From NCBI RefSeq assembly GCF_009914755.1, contig NC_060926.1: a stretch of DNA of 64,000 bases. One strand, given 5' to 3'. The notes under the pieces are model-generated. The model saw only the letters and a program-made list of their open reading frames with translations. It was not told the DNA's origin and did not search any database. How positions within the stretch are numbered: position 1 is the first letter of the stretch; each line of letters begins with the position of its first letter. Made by a program: the position numbers and the translations under genes. Source of the DNA: the human T2T-CHM13v2.0 reference genome, Homo sapiens. Shown piece by piece: positions 47,024-61,514 of the stretch.

Positions 47024-50000
47024 TAAGTACATAAAAATCACAAAACTCCTGTTAGAAAAAAATAGCTTTGCTGGAGTAATTGGGCTGTGTTGCTTAGCTG
47101 ACGGCTAAGCAAAGTCAACAAATGAAGCACAAAGCCACCTTAACCTCAACAAATTAATATTCATCTCCATGTGACAGTTATAAGGTAGTCTTCTATCACA
47201 CAGTAACTTCTACCACATTATTTCCCAAAGATTGATTTTGAGAAGCATTTCCATTTTCTGGAATTGCCTCTGTTTCATGCTTGACGTATCAGTAAATGGA
47301 CGACTTAGGCAAATTGCAAATAATTATGGCTCGGAGAGGAATAGTCTGGAGAAAAAGGAGTTTATCAACACAAACAGCTCAATTAGCTTACTTCTTAGGA
47401 GAGATCTGACTATTGATATAAGGGAAAATATATGTGTGTGTGTACACACACATACTCTCTAGCAAATAAACATATCTGTGGAATATCTTTGGGGAAATAG
47501 CTTTTCTTAAAATATATGTTTGCTATCTAATGTTTTCAGTGTATTCAATTATAATAGTTAATTATACCTAAAACAAAAATTATAAAATTACATTTTATTC
47601 TTATGCAAATAATAACATGACAATCTCTGTCAGGTGCCTGCCTTTTAAAAATAATTTACATTCGGTATTTTGCCCTCTATTTTAGCCCAATCTACTTATT
47701 TGTTAATGAAAGTCTGATCGTAAGTTACAGGATAAATATGCATCAGACCTTAATAATTATTTCAACTAATCTTATGTATTTCTTCATGCAGTTTGAATAA
47801 TAATTATTTCAGCTTATGGGAAACATTGACAATTCACAAGTATTTTCCCTGTTAAGAGTAAGATCTTGTTTGAGGTTTTATCATGATGTTTATTAGGACA
47901 CTTTAGATTTGAAAACACATTAAGTTCAGATTCTGAAGAAGTTCTGTTATATTGATAAGGCCAATCATAAGATCCAGAACTCAGGGAAGACTTTCCCTAG
48001 AGGAGAATTGAATGAAATTTTCAGGAAGTGGGTTTTGTTATTATTATTATTTTAATAAGATTTTCAATGGATAACTTTTCTACAAAAGTCATTGGAATTA
48101 GGTTTGCTTTTTTTCTTCAGAAAAAAAAACACTTCTCCATGAAAAATAAATATTTTGTCTATTCTTAGCTGAGAGTTTCTAGTTTTTCATAGCCCTTTTA
48201 GTCTTTTTGCACCCAATTTCAGAAAATCTTGTTCCAAAAATAGGAGAAACCTGGATTTCTGACTAATCAATGATAATGTGCCTCAATGCTGCAGCCCTCA
48301 TCTAATCAAAAATAAGGAGCTAAAACCTCACCGTATGATTCGAGCAAGTAATTTAGTAAATGCCTTTCCTCACCAAATATGAGAAAGAATCCTCCAGGTT
48401 TCATTGCACAGATGAAGATAATGCTGGCAGGATTAGATCAGATTAAGCATGAAAGTCAGATCAGAGAGCAGCGGCAAAAGGGAAGGGGCAGCATCTTCCT
48501 GAAGCTTTAGACAAGGGTCACACGTGGATGGGCTCTGATTATATGGGGAAGGCAGGTCTGGCCAGGAGATTTAGAGTTAAATTTGTCCCTTACGCAAATA
48601 TCAAAACAGCCTGGCTTTGTCATACCTTGTGTTATGGACACTCTCACCATGTCATCCTATTTGTACCAGAGGGAAAAGCAGAGGAAGTAAGATTTAAGCT
48701 CTTTTCTGATTAATGTTCTCAGGTTAAAAATAGCCACACAACATGTTTGGAAAACATTCTTTTTTCCCTAGCCGACAACAGGGTCACGTACACTGATATA
48801 CATAATGCATATTCAATTTAAGACTTACATTACACACACATAACATAATATTATATGTATACACACACACATAGATACACATCTGGTAGCTGTGTGAGAA
48901 TTTATGGCTTCAAATGAACTAAATACACCAAGCTTCATTTTATAAATGGCTTTTCCATGCATGAATTGTTTTTTTTTTTCCCCTGGGTGTTGTAAATGCC
49001 AGAATGTCAGCCTGTTTATACTTTCCCATTTGTAAATGTGAAACATTAAGCTACTCTCACTGCGATGCTGATAGTATTTCCAAAAGAAATGCTTTGGTAA
49101 TGGTCTCTCTTCATATTCGCGGGGATGGGTAAGCTGCTTAGAAACTTAGAAAGTACAGTAATATTTCTAATATGCACGTTGTGCATGTAGCAGTGAAGCA
49201 CAGGATTCCACGAGTTCTTTATGTCCTGTTGGTGTGGTGTTTCTCTGTAAGAGTTATTGCATGGATGCTGCTTCTAGGGGCAGGCAGGCAGGCAGGCAAA
49301 CCGTGCTACATATTTTTAAGAATGTCACTGGGGAGGAAAAGAAAGCTCTCTTTAGACACTATCTCCAAGACGAAACCTGAAATCCTCAGTGTCAGGAAGA
49401 GGTGCCACACATAAATAGATCACATTAAGTCTCACACCATCCTTTAGTCATTGTCAGCAATGAGATCTGGATTAGGCCACAGGAATATGAAGCAAGAGTC
49501 GGAGTTCAAATATTAGGTACATGGATTAAAATCTTATTGAAGCGTTTCCAGCAAGGGTGGCATTGTCTGATTCCCTGAATAGCTAACCAGTGGTACTGCT
49601 TGATCCCATTTACATGAAAACAAGCTCTATTCACAAACCTATTCCAAACCCACATTGTGGTTCAAGTAAAATGCACATGATTACAACAAATGGTGATATG
49701 TTTATGTTCTTAAATCATTCATATATTCAGATATTTACATTCAAACATTCAAAAACCTGTAGGCAGTGGGGGAAATAACTTATTTCCCAGAAGAGACAGT
49801 CTGTTAGTTCACAACTAAATTTAGTAGCTCAACTAGATTATAAAATAAAGAGGCAAACTGTGAAAGCTAGTCATTATTTCACCATTCAGCATTTTTGACA
49901 ATGAAAAATAGTTTCATGGTTCAGCAGTTCCTAAATAACTTGTAAAATGTCAACTTTGAAATAAACAGAAGGAAAAAATGAGGTGCAGCCATACCTGCAA

Positions 50001-51916
50001 AAGGATGCTATTGACAAACATCAAAATATTAGAATATTTAACCACAGGTGTAGAAAAAAAACCTGCCTATTAAGTTCCTCAGTTGACTTGTTTAATGTTG
50101 AGTTTAATATAAGGATTCCTTTCTGCTGGAATGCAGTCCAGCCTGGTCCTTGCTGAGTTAGAATAGTGAGTGATTGTTAATTTTAAGCCTGCCTTTCCAG
50201 ACTCCTGTTCAATCACAATATAATCTAAGGGTCTGGAAGTAAGATGTTTTTTATCCAATGAACGCTTTCATTCAGTGTTTGAACGGCCCTCCAGTTTATT
50301 GTAGCTCTGCAAAAATAGAAATGACTCTGTGCATTTGAATTCTCAAAAGGCTTAGAAAGCATATCTGAAATGCCACCCATACCCTGACCGGCCCATTGAG
50401 CTGGGTATGCAGGACAATCAGCACATCTGTGTGCCTGCAGCCCGAGACTTTGGAAAGAAATAAGGGAAAGTACATTGGCCTGTAGCAACCCACCCCGATT
50501 GCTCTCTCAGCGTTTTTGCACTTGCTATATACTCTAAATTGTTTCTTTTTTTTAGTACTTTTTACTTTGCTCTAAATGATGAAAAATGTTTGATTTTTAA
50601 GCTGATTTTGTGAAAATTTTTTTCCCTCAAAATGGAAATACTGTAGGCTCTAGAATTTGTTTTCTTTCAGATGCTGTGATCATGGACAGCTCCAAATCAC
50701 AACTCACGGAAGTTTACACCTGAAAATATCTTTCGCCCAAATATAGTCAGCCCTTTCACCTGACACCTGAGAAGACTCAGTCCCAGAGAAAATACATGAA
50801 TCACCCAAGATTGCTCAACTAAAGGGGTAGAGCCAAGTAAAATTAGAATACAGCATTATTCTGAGCTCTCATAAAAATCAGTTGGTAAATACTGAAAGAG
50901 GTCATTCCTTTGCTGAAGTTAAATCTAAAACAGTGACTTTAACTCAGCACATTTCACATTGAAAATTACATAGGGGTCTTCCTTTCTGTGGCTATTGACA
51001 GAGAAAAATGTCTCCTTGTTCTCTGCACTAATTAACTTCCCTATGAGAGGAATTACAGATGCTCTGCAGTCTGCATGAAACTGATTCTAAGGGAGGTGAT
51101 GAAAATGGTCTGGCACCTTTCCTTTGTTGGAAAATCTGTGATTCAGATCAATGGAAGAAAGCAAGTGTTGATCCACAAGTGAATTATATAGAGGTCTGTG
51201 TGTCTGTGTGTGTGTGTGTGCATGGGTGCCCTTTAATGGTCAAACTAGACTGCCAATGTATTTTGATCAGTAACTGAAGTGAGAGTTAAAATGGTATCTC
51301 TGTCCCCATCACTGACCCACTCAGCCTTTTTTAATAGATCCACTTAAGCTACTGCTGTTCTCTCAGCCCATTAAGACTTATTTAAGGGGTGAATTTTCAG
51401 GAGATTATATATCATTCCCTCTAAAACACATTGAAATTGCTCAGATGACATACTCTACAAAGTGTTATAAATTCTGCATCAGAGCTAAGTAGCAAGTGAG
51501 CTTACTTGGAATAAAGATCTATTAGAGAACTACAAAGAATTAATTTTGGGAAATTTGATTTGGAGAGATGGAGTAGACAGCATTACCTTTCAAATAAGTC
51601 TGTTTGGAATGTGTGCCGTGTGTTAAGCTGTGATGTTAACATCTTTGTAATCCTGACCAACTTTAAGGGGAAATAGCACTTTATAAGGGCATGTTTGAAG
51701 CTCAGTTCTTAAGGTGCTGTTCATTTTTTTTTTCTAACGATCTTACCGGTTTTAGGATGCACAGATATAAACCGAGTGTGGTCCTTTGCTTAAATGCCGC
51801 ATGTCCCAACCAGCCAGGTTTCCCGTAGGCCTGGGTAACTGACAGAGATATTTTCCTACAATCATAATCTTCTTTTAAAAATCCAGAATGCTTAATTATT
51901 AAAACTCAAGATATTG

Positions 51917-52158
51917 GGCCAGACGCGGTGGCTCATGCCTGTAGTCCCAGCACTTTGGGAGGCCGAGGCGGGCAGATCATGAGGTCAGGAGATCGAGACC
52001 ATCCTGGCTAACACGGTGAAACCCCATCTCTACTAAAAATAATAAAAAAAAAATTAGATGGGCATGGTGGTGGGCACCTGTAGTCCCAGCTACTCGGGAG
52101 ACTGAGGCAGGAGAATGGCATGAACCCGGGAGGCGGAGCTTGCAGTGAGCCAAGATCG
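51917..52158 (+). mobile_element. AluY lacking its 3' end and poly(A)
   Basis: AluY diagnostics (gagatcgagaccatcctggctaacacgg; ggcggagcttgcag); ends at ccaagatcg, followed by TSD ctcaagatatt. Confidence 0.93.
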
Positions 52159-52819
52159 CTCAAGATATTATTGCCTCACTAAGGAATAAAATAGAGAGTC
52201 CTGAAGAGCGAATATTTTAAAGACATACTTATAGTTTGATTCCTTTCTCGTTAATTCTTAATGGTTATTAATTACTGTTTAATATGACTTAATGGCAAGT
52301 TTGTGTAGCACTTAATTTACATACATTCTGTGCTCCAAGATTTGAGAATGTAGTTTTGGGAAAGATAAAGTCTTTCCATGGGTAATAATCAGGTCATCAT
52401 GAGTGATGGATGGAATGGGATGAGGTTCCATTCTGGACGTGGTTTCTAGCTCATCTGAGGATTCTTTTCCCATTGCTCAAAGTGACCTTCCATAGAAGAA
52501 CCTTCCATGGAACCTGTGATGACCAAAGACACTCAAGCAATGACTTTTTGGAAACTTCTTATAAGCTGCTCTCCTCAGAGGAGAAAATCATCAGATCGGA
52601 AGAGAACCTAGTCTGTTGAAATATCCTACCTGAAAGTTGGTTCATCCTTGACAGTATCAGTAAAGGAGTGTGTACTACCCACTTTAGGGACATTGAAACT
52701 AACACCCTACATAAGCTCCTCAATTCCAAGGACTGTGATGATCTGCCAGTCTGTCCACAAGTAACTGCCAGTCTGTGTGTACGCTGTGCTGGAACTATTA
52801 ATAGTAAAGCAAAATGAAG

Positions 52820-53050
52820 ACAGAATGGAAGCTCCTTGAGAATGGGAACTTTGTCTTATTCATAGCTCATCCCCAGTTCCTAAATTTGCCCTTAGTATAT
52901 AGTAGATGCTCAACAAACCTTTATCAACTAACATATCTTATTAATTTGATGTCCACATAGTCATATAGGTGGGTGTTTATTGACAAGGAAACTGAGGCTT
53001 CACATGAAGTGACCTGCCCAAAGTCACACAGCAGCAACATCAAAGCCAGA
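52820..53050. mobile_element. L2 3' end (+) followed by MIR fragment (-)
   Basis: aagctccttgag...tagtagatgctcaacaaa; gaaactgaggc...tgcccaaagtcacacagc. Confidence 0.65.
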
Positions 53051-53057
53051 GCTCTTT

Positions 53058-53388
53058 AAAACCCTGAACCAAGTTCCTCCCTTGTCTGAAGTACAGCTCC
53101 ACGCAACAGCCCCCTCTGAGCGAGGACAGCAGCCCTCCCACTGACAGCTGATACCCACCCTTAGGTAAAAAGAATGATGCAGGGCCCTAGAGTAGGTGGT
53201 GCTTACTCTTGCTGTGTGAAGAGACAGGAGGCCAAATCAGAAGGGTCTGACCTGCAGCATTAGAAATGGGAGTAGGGGGCCTTACTTAGGCCCCTCATGG
53301 AGATGGCTGATGCACAAGGTTGCTGAGTGTTCTAGCTTAAGGTAAGGGACTCACCGTTAGAGAAGAAATTCAAGTTGTGAATGGAACA
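53058..53388 (+). repeat. Copy A of ~330-bp local direct repeat, no family recognised
   Basis: Collinear with 59049-59383; 57/65 identical over 53100-53164 vs 59087-59151. Confidence 0.9.
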
Positions 53389-53441
53389 GTTTTCCATATT
53401 ACTTTCCAAACAAACGTATTTGAAATGCTGTTATGGGTTAA

Positions 53442-53798
<357 letters not shown>

Positions 53799-54029
53799 TA
53801 AAAAGACATCGTTGTCAATTTTTATTAAGTAGAAGACAGTCCTTTTATTTATTTATTGCTTTGCAAAAGACACAGCCTAGAACTGATGGCTCTAAAGCTG
53901 AAGATGTATGTCTCATACACTCCTCAAGCCATACACTATCACTATAGTGACTACCTCTACAGCACGGCTGTTCTTCCCCAGGAATCAACGTTTTCGTCTA
54001 CTGTGTCCTCAGCTGTTTTCCAAATGTTA

Positions 54030-54548
<519 letters not shown>

Positions 54549-54637
54549 TCATCTGATGACCTCCGTCTTTTGCCTAAACCAGTCAGTGCTCTCTTCCGTA
54601 CATTATTTCATGCTCAGGAGTAATTACAATTAGATGT

Positions 54638-54900
54638 GAGAGGCAGTACCAAGCAGTGGCTCAGAGCACAGACTCTGAAGCCAATATGGTACAGAGGTGA
54701 ATCCCAGCCCTGCCAATTAGTAGCTGTGTGACTCCAAACCTCTCTGTGCCTCCATTTCCTTAGCTGTAAAATGTGGACAATAATAATAATGCTAACAGTA
54801 AAAACTACCTCATAGGATTGATGTGAGGATTAAATGAGCTATGAAAACCTCTTAGAAGGTACCTGTTAGCTAGTACTCAGCTCAGTGAGTATTAACTGTT
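54638..54900 (+). mobile_element. Near full-length MIR
   Basis: ctctgtgcctccatttccttagctgtaaaatg...acctcataggattgatgtgaggattaaatgag. Confidence 0.85.
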
Positions 54901-55033
54901 TTGTTATTAAGACGTGTGTGTCTCTGCCATTTGTATTTAACACGTGTCCTTGTGCCTGGCTTACCTCCCTGTTATACTGTAACCTCCGTAAGGACAGGCA
55001 TAGTGCCCCCTTCTTCCTTATCTCTTTACTGCT

Positions 55034-55426
55034 TGTATTAGTCCATCTTGCGCTGCTACAAAGGTACACCTGAAGCTAGGTAATTTATAAAGACATGAGA
55101 TTTAATTGGCTTATGGTTCTGCAGGCTGTGCAGGAAGCATATTGCTGGCATCTGCTTCTGGTGAAGACCTCAGGAAGTTGCCTTATGGCAGAAGGCACAG
55201 GGGAAGCAGGCAGTCACATGGTGAGAGAGAAGGAGCAATAGAGAGAAACAGGAGGTTCTTTCAACCAACCAGATCTCACGTGAGCTCATTACCACGGGGA
55301 GTTCACCAAGACAAGGATGAAGGATCCGCCCCTATGACCCAATACCTCCCACTAGGCCCCACCTCCAACACTGGGGATCACATTTCAACACAAGATTTGG
55401 AGGGGAGAAACATCCGAACAGTATCA
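55034..55426 (-). mobile_element. MaLR solo LTR (MSTA/MSTB-like)
   Basis: TG...CA ends; perfect 5-bp TSD ctgct (55029-55033 / 55427-55431); cccactaggccccacctccaacactgggg. Confidence 0.9.
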
Positions 55427-55558
55427 CTGCTTTTCGGTGCTGTATATACAATTTGGGCCCCATGGTTTTGGCATCCTGGATATTCCAGTACTGTTCAGAT
55501 TTCAGAGATTCAGCTGTACTTTCTAAGCTCAGTTATTATGACCTCAGTTCATAGTTAC

Positions 55559-55640
55559 TATGTTGGTGCAAAAGTAATTGCGGTTTTTGCCATTAAAGGT
55601 ATGGCATGGCAAAAACCGCAATTACTTTTGCACCAACATA
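55559..55640. mobile_element. MADE1 (Hsmar1 MITE), perfect 35-bp inverted repeat with 12-nt loop
   Basis: 55559-55593 is the exact reverse complement of 55606-55640. Confidence 0.95.
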
Positions 55641-55900
55641 ATATCAGATCACGTATCCCAATATGGGGTTCAGAAAAAAAGTCCCTATCAATAGGTATCA
55701 TTGGCAGCCTCTAGCAGCTTTGCTTTCTCTTGGCAGAGTGCTCTAGCAATGCCCAGGAGCCCTTCTGCAGAGGCTGGACAACTCTCCTGGTGTTTGGCAG
55801 CCAGCTCTGTTCTGCATGCCTTCGGCACAATATGCTTTCACCTGTCCCCACCCTAACCCCACCCACAGAATCCTTTCCTTGGTTTTAATAAACTTCCAGC

Positions 55901-56221
55901 TGTCTTCGTCCATTTTCTGCTGCTATAACAGAATACCACAGATTGGGTCATTGATAAAGAACAGAAATGTAATTCTCACAGTTCCAGAGGCTGGTAAATC
56001 CAAGATCAAGGCACGGGCAGGTTGGTGTCTGGTGAGCATCTGGTCTCTTCTGCCAAGATGACACCTAGAATGCTGCATCCTCTGGAGAAGAAGAACACGT
56101 GTCCTCACATGGCAGAAGGCAGGAGGGCAAAAAGGAGCCAAACTCCCCACCTCTCAATACTGTTGCATTGGGGATTAAGTCTCCAACACATGAATTTGGG
56201 GGAAACATTCAGACCATAGCA
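55901..56221 (-). mobile_element. MaLR solo LTR (MSTC/MSTD/MLT1A-like)
   Basis: tgtcttcgtccattttctgctgctataac...acattcagaccatagca. Confidence 0.85.
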
Positions 56222-56456
56222 TCAGGCATGGCCAAGTTAAGTAACTTGCCACCTACTGCCAAGCAACCCAAACTCAAAGGTCTGCGACCTGCAAGTTCAG
56301 ATAAGGAAACTGTCTCAAGCTTCCAAGATAATAACTGGTGAAGACAGAGTCAGACTGACCCAAGCAAAGGGGTGACAGAGCTGCATGAACAGAAATTCTC
56401 TAAAGATCAGGGATGGAAAATGAAAAATCAAAATGAACTATAAAAACATGAACCTG

Positions 56457-56782
56457 GGTTGGGTACAGTGGCATGTGCCTGTAATCCCAGCACTTTGGGA
56501 GGTTGAGGCAGGAAGACTGCTTGAGCCCAGTAGTTCAAGACCAGCCCTGGCAACAGAGTGAGACCCTGTCCCTACAAAAAAAAAAAAAAAAAAAAAAAAA
56601 GAACTAGCTGGGCATGGTGGTGCACAACTGTAGTCCCAGCTACTTGGGAGGCTGGGGTGGGAGGATTGCTTGAGCCCTGGCATTTGAGGCTGCAGTAACT
56701 GGATGACAGTGCAAAATCCTGTCTCAGAAACAAAAAAAAAAAAAGAAAGAAAGAAAACAAAGAAAAGAAAAAAAACAAAAAA
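56457..56782 (+). mobile_element. AluJ with expanded central A-tract
   Basis: Dimeric Alu. Confidence 0.9.
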
Positions 56783-57380
56783 TCAATGTAGAGGCCCAGA
56801 GAGGAAAATCCAAAGTTGCCATGGTCTCTGTGATATATTGTCTGAGATTGTTCTTTGTTTTTGTAGCTGTTCACTCCTAAGTCAGACGTTGAATCTAACC
56901 TCAGTGCTGTTTCTAGTCACTAAACTCTATTACCTCCTGAGATATATTTCATGGTTTGGGTGTCATAGGGCTGGTGGTTTGTGGTCTGAGGGCAGCCACA
57001 CAGCACCCTTGGTGGGCAGAGGGCCCAGGTCTAAGGGAGACTAGGCTCTAATGACAGGAAGTTGCCAGAGTGCTTCATCTCAACCAGATGGCTACCCCAA
57101 ACAGCAGTTTGGAAATTGTCCCTGTAACATTAACACATGGCCCAGTCACGTGTGAATCCTGGCCCATTGCATGTTGACAACTTGGCTTTAGTTGGATAAC
57201 ACTGACCACAATATCTTCTCCCCTCCCACCCCCTCCAGTGAGACACTTGAATGGTAGGAAACAATTTCTCTTTTTTAGCGTTGGGTAAACATGTGTAATT
57301 AGCCTGGTACTTATCTCCATTAGTATCATTAGACTTGAAAACCCAGTTTAATCTGGATTCTGCTCTCTTCTCAATGTCAG

Positions 57381-57444
57381 CCTGTTTCTGGACCAGTACA
57401 GAGCCAGCCTTGTTGATGCAATAAAGAGATTACTCCAGCCCAGG
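57381..57444 (+). CDS. CAMKMT: CAMKMT coding exon (64 nt, phase 2->0): (C)[21 protein letters not shown]
   Basis: Acceptor ctcttctcaatgtcag|C, donor AGG|gtaagt; completes DCLF (DxxY/F) motif and LL.P.G turn. Confidence 0.95.
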
Positions 57445-59048
57445 GTAAGTATGTTTCTATTTTCTCCTGAACACTGGCTACAGAATAATTAGTCTGTGCA
57501 CAAAGATGGAGAGAGTAATGGAATGGCAGGATTAATGTCATGTAATACTTTAATACTTATTATGTCCAACTTCAATTGGGTCTTCTGATCTATTAGATTC
57601 TTTCCTAATCATAACTAGGAAACTTCTTACCCTTGGCCTTCTGATAAGAAACACAGTGGGTAGTGAAATAAATGCAGCCGCTTCAAAGATAGTGTGAGGT
57701 TATTTTTATCAAAGAATTTCTTGAGTCTTTTCCCTTGATAACAATATCTTCATATTAAAGTTGAAGTATGATATTGAAAGTTTTCTGTTGACTTCTGTCA
57801 TTTTCAATTCCTTCAATGGCAACCTTTCTCATTGGTTATTTATTTATTGCAAAATAATACTTTTTTCTTTTTATTTCTGTTTATATTAAAGAAAAAGGAC
57901 TTCAGATGAATCTGTATATTAATAGTTCTTTGCTTTAAAAGGAAGTCATTATTTACATATTATAAACATTAGGTCACAATGAAGCCAAGCATGGCATAAA
58001 ATATTGTGCACATTTTTACATTTATATATCCATTTATGCCTGTGAGTAAATTACAGAGTTTGTATCCACTCTTATTTTGTTGGACTGTTAAACTAAGCTA
58101 GGAGGTCCTGCAGCCTAAACGGAGAGTTAATATACATCTATTTAAAGTAAGAAAATGAGTTTAAAGCTCATGCATTAAAAAAAAAAAAACCTTATAACTA
58201 TGTAAGACTCTTGCTGTGCCATAGGAGTTTAAAATAGGTTAACAGTATTAATACAGTCGAAGATAGGAACGCATATTTATCTGAGAACACTGAAGTGTGT
58301 GTGTGTTTCTAAAGTATTTTTTTAAAAAGGTCCACTCTAGTCTTCTGACTCAGTGAGACTTACAGACCAATACCTTTCAACCTTTCTTTTATATCTTTTT
58401 TATAACCTTCAGTGGTTCCCAGAGCAATCTGATAATCATCCTTTGCCATACACTGTTGCTTTTTATTTTGCTATCTCTATGTAGCTCAGAAACTTAAAAC
58501 AGGTGTCTTGGAGGAGTAGCCATAGCTTCGTAAGTGGTAGTCAGTCCAATTCAATTGGCCTCCTCAGTTCCCCTGTGAAATGGGCACCAGATCTTGAGGC
58601 AAGGAAGGGGCATGTTCCAAGCTATTGACGGCCACTGCATGGTTGAATAGGCCACCCAAGTTGAGGACAGAAGAAGGAATTTTGGGTTTCAGCATCCCCC
58701 CACCCCTGTCGGCCTTGGGTGATTCTTGTGGGCATTTGCAAGACTAGGATTTTCAGGGGCGGCTCAAGATTCTTGAATATGAAGGCCTCTATGAAAATGT
58801 ATCATACATAAATATAATGCTTTCAAGGACTCCTGAATCTCACACTGTACAAATAGTACTTCACTCATCACCAATACCCCTTCAAAGCCCATTTGTGGCA
58901 AATACTCCATTTTGCAGCAGATTTGCATGATTTACCTAGGATCTATTGTAAATCATTCGCATGATTTACAATAGAAAAGTGCCCAAGCTATGAATAGACC
59001 TAAACGCAGATTAGACTGGAATCCAGCAGCTCTTCTGTACCCTCTAAT

Positions 59049-59383
59049 AAACCCTGAACACACTCCCTCCATCTGAATCGTGGCCACACGCAGCAGCCCC
59101 CTCTGAGCAAGGACAGTAGTCCTCCTGCTAACAGCTGATACTCACCCTTAGCCTAGAGAAGGGTGAGGCAGGGCCCTAGGGGAGGTGGCACTTACTCCTG
59201 CTATGAGAGGAACAGGGAGGCCAAGTCAGAGGGGCTCACACTAACCTGTAGCATTAGAATGGCAGTGGGGGGGCCTCACTTAGGCCCCTCTTGGAATGGC
59301 TGATACTCAAGGCTGCCAGGTATTCTAGCCTAAAGTGTAAGGAGCCCACCATCAGAGGGGAAATCCCAGTTGTGGATGGCACA
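59049..59383 (+). repeat. Copy B of ~330-bp local direct repeat
   Basis: See copy A; offset 5987 bp in the core. Confidence 0.9.
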
Positions 59384-59785
59384 TGGACTTACTGAAATTA
59401 CCACCCAGGAACCTCATCCCCATCAACAGGTCTGGGGTAGTGGGCAGTTGTCCTCCCTGAGCCTCCACCCAAATGGACCACAGAAGGACCATGTGGGCTT
59501 GCCAGTGAAGAGCCCAGTCCCACATCCTGTGTTGATGGGCTAGGAGGCTGTCCAGAGCATGGGAGCAACCAGTAGAAAACTGGACTTTTCTTCTTAGCTC
59601 TCAGGGCTGGCTGTTTGGCTTCTGGAGGACCTCCCCCTCTGAGTATACAGTCCAAGACTAAGAAAATGGTCAAGGTTTTATTTCATTACAATTAGAGCTG
59701 GTTTTAGTGTCCTCTTGAGCCCAGACAACAACTCCATGGTTTTGTGGCCCAGAGGCTGAAGGTGTCACAAGAAGCCCACAAAGAT

Positions 59786-60255
<470 letters not shown>

Positions 60256-60299
60256 CTAGTGTAGTGGGTGGAAAGAGTCAGAAAAATCTGCATACAAAC

Positions 60300-60800
60300 C
60301 CCAAGTCTACATTAACTACCTTGTCTCTCTGAGCCTGCATTTCCTCACGTGTCAAAAGGCAAGGCTAGTGCCCACCTTGTGGATTGGTGTGAAATATTTA
60401 CATATGTATAAATCCTTGATCTGTGCCTGGCTTACAGGAGGTGCTCCTTAAGGGGAGCTGCTTCTCTTTTATTGCTGTAGAACTTATCAAGGTTAATCCA
60501 CATGAGATGTTTATCCAGGGGGATGCTGGCTTGGCTGATGGGATGCCTGAGTTCCAGGCCTAGTGTGGCCCTAACAGGCTCTGGAACCGCCTCTTGCTCC
60601 ATTATCCCCAAAGAGGGAAAATGAGGGAGTTCACCTGTGCTCTCATAGAGTTCTATCAGCTCTGAAATCCTGCATTCTCCTCGCAGAGAGAAGGTATACA
60701 TGGGCTGTGGAGGCAGAAAGCTTAGGCCCAAATCTGGTCTCTGCCACTGACTGAATTAATGTCTGGAAGCCTCAGTTTCTCATCTGTAAAATGGGGAGTG
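60300..60800 (+). mobile_element. Two MIR fragments (~60300-60450, ~60720-60800)
   Basis: ctctgagcctgcatttcctcac; gcctcagtttctcatctgtaaaatgggg. Confidence 0.65.
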
Positions 60801-60829
60801 AAAAAGCTGATGCACTGTAATGCACATGA

Positions 60830-61197
<368 letters not shown>

Positions 61198-61500
61198 TTA
61201 TGGGGGCCTTTTTCCAAGCATTTTCCTGGAGAAATGCTGGTGGGAGGGGAAGACATGATTTTCTTGACCTGGACTTTGAGAATTTCTGCACATAATTGGC
61301 ACACTGCATCTCCCCTGCACATGTATCCTGAACACCTGTAGCAGGCCCTGTACTGGTTCTGGGAGGATTGCCTACCTGGATGAAGATGACACTTTACTAT
61401 AGACGGTCCCCACGGAGTGGGGGAGAGTACTCTACATTGGCAAGACAGAAGTAACTGCAAAATGAAGGTTCAAGTGTCAAGCTGTGGGAACAAATGAATT

Positions 61501-61514
61501 CTGCCATCTAGAGG
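61501..61514 (-). promoter_or_regulatory. Candidate CTCF motif CCTCTAGATGGCAG
   Basis: 13/14 match to CCASYAGRKGGCRS; motif only, occupancy unknown. Confidence 0.45.

Noticed and set aside
55106-55714. Longest ORF in the track (202 aa)
   Set aside because: Non-ATG start; runs through an MST LTR and MADE1; no domain or codon signal.
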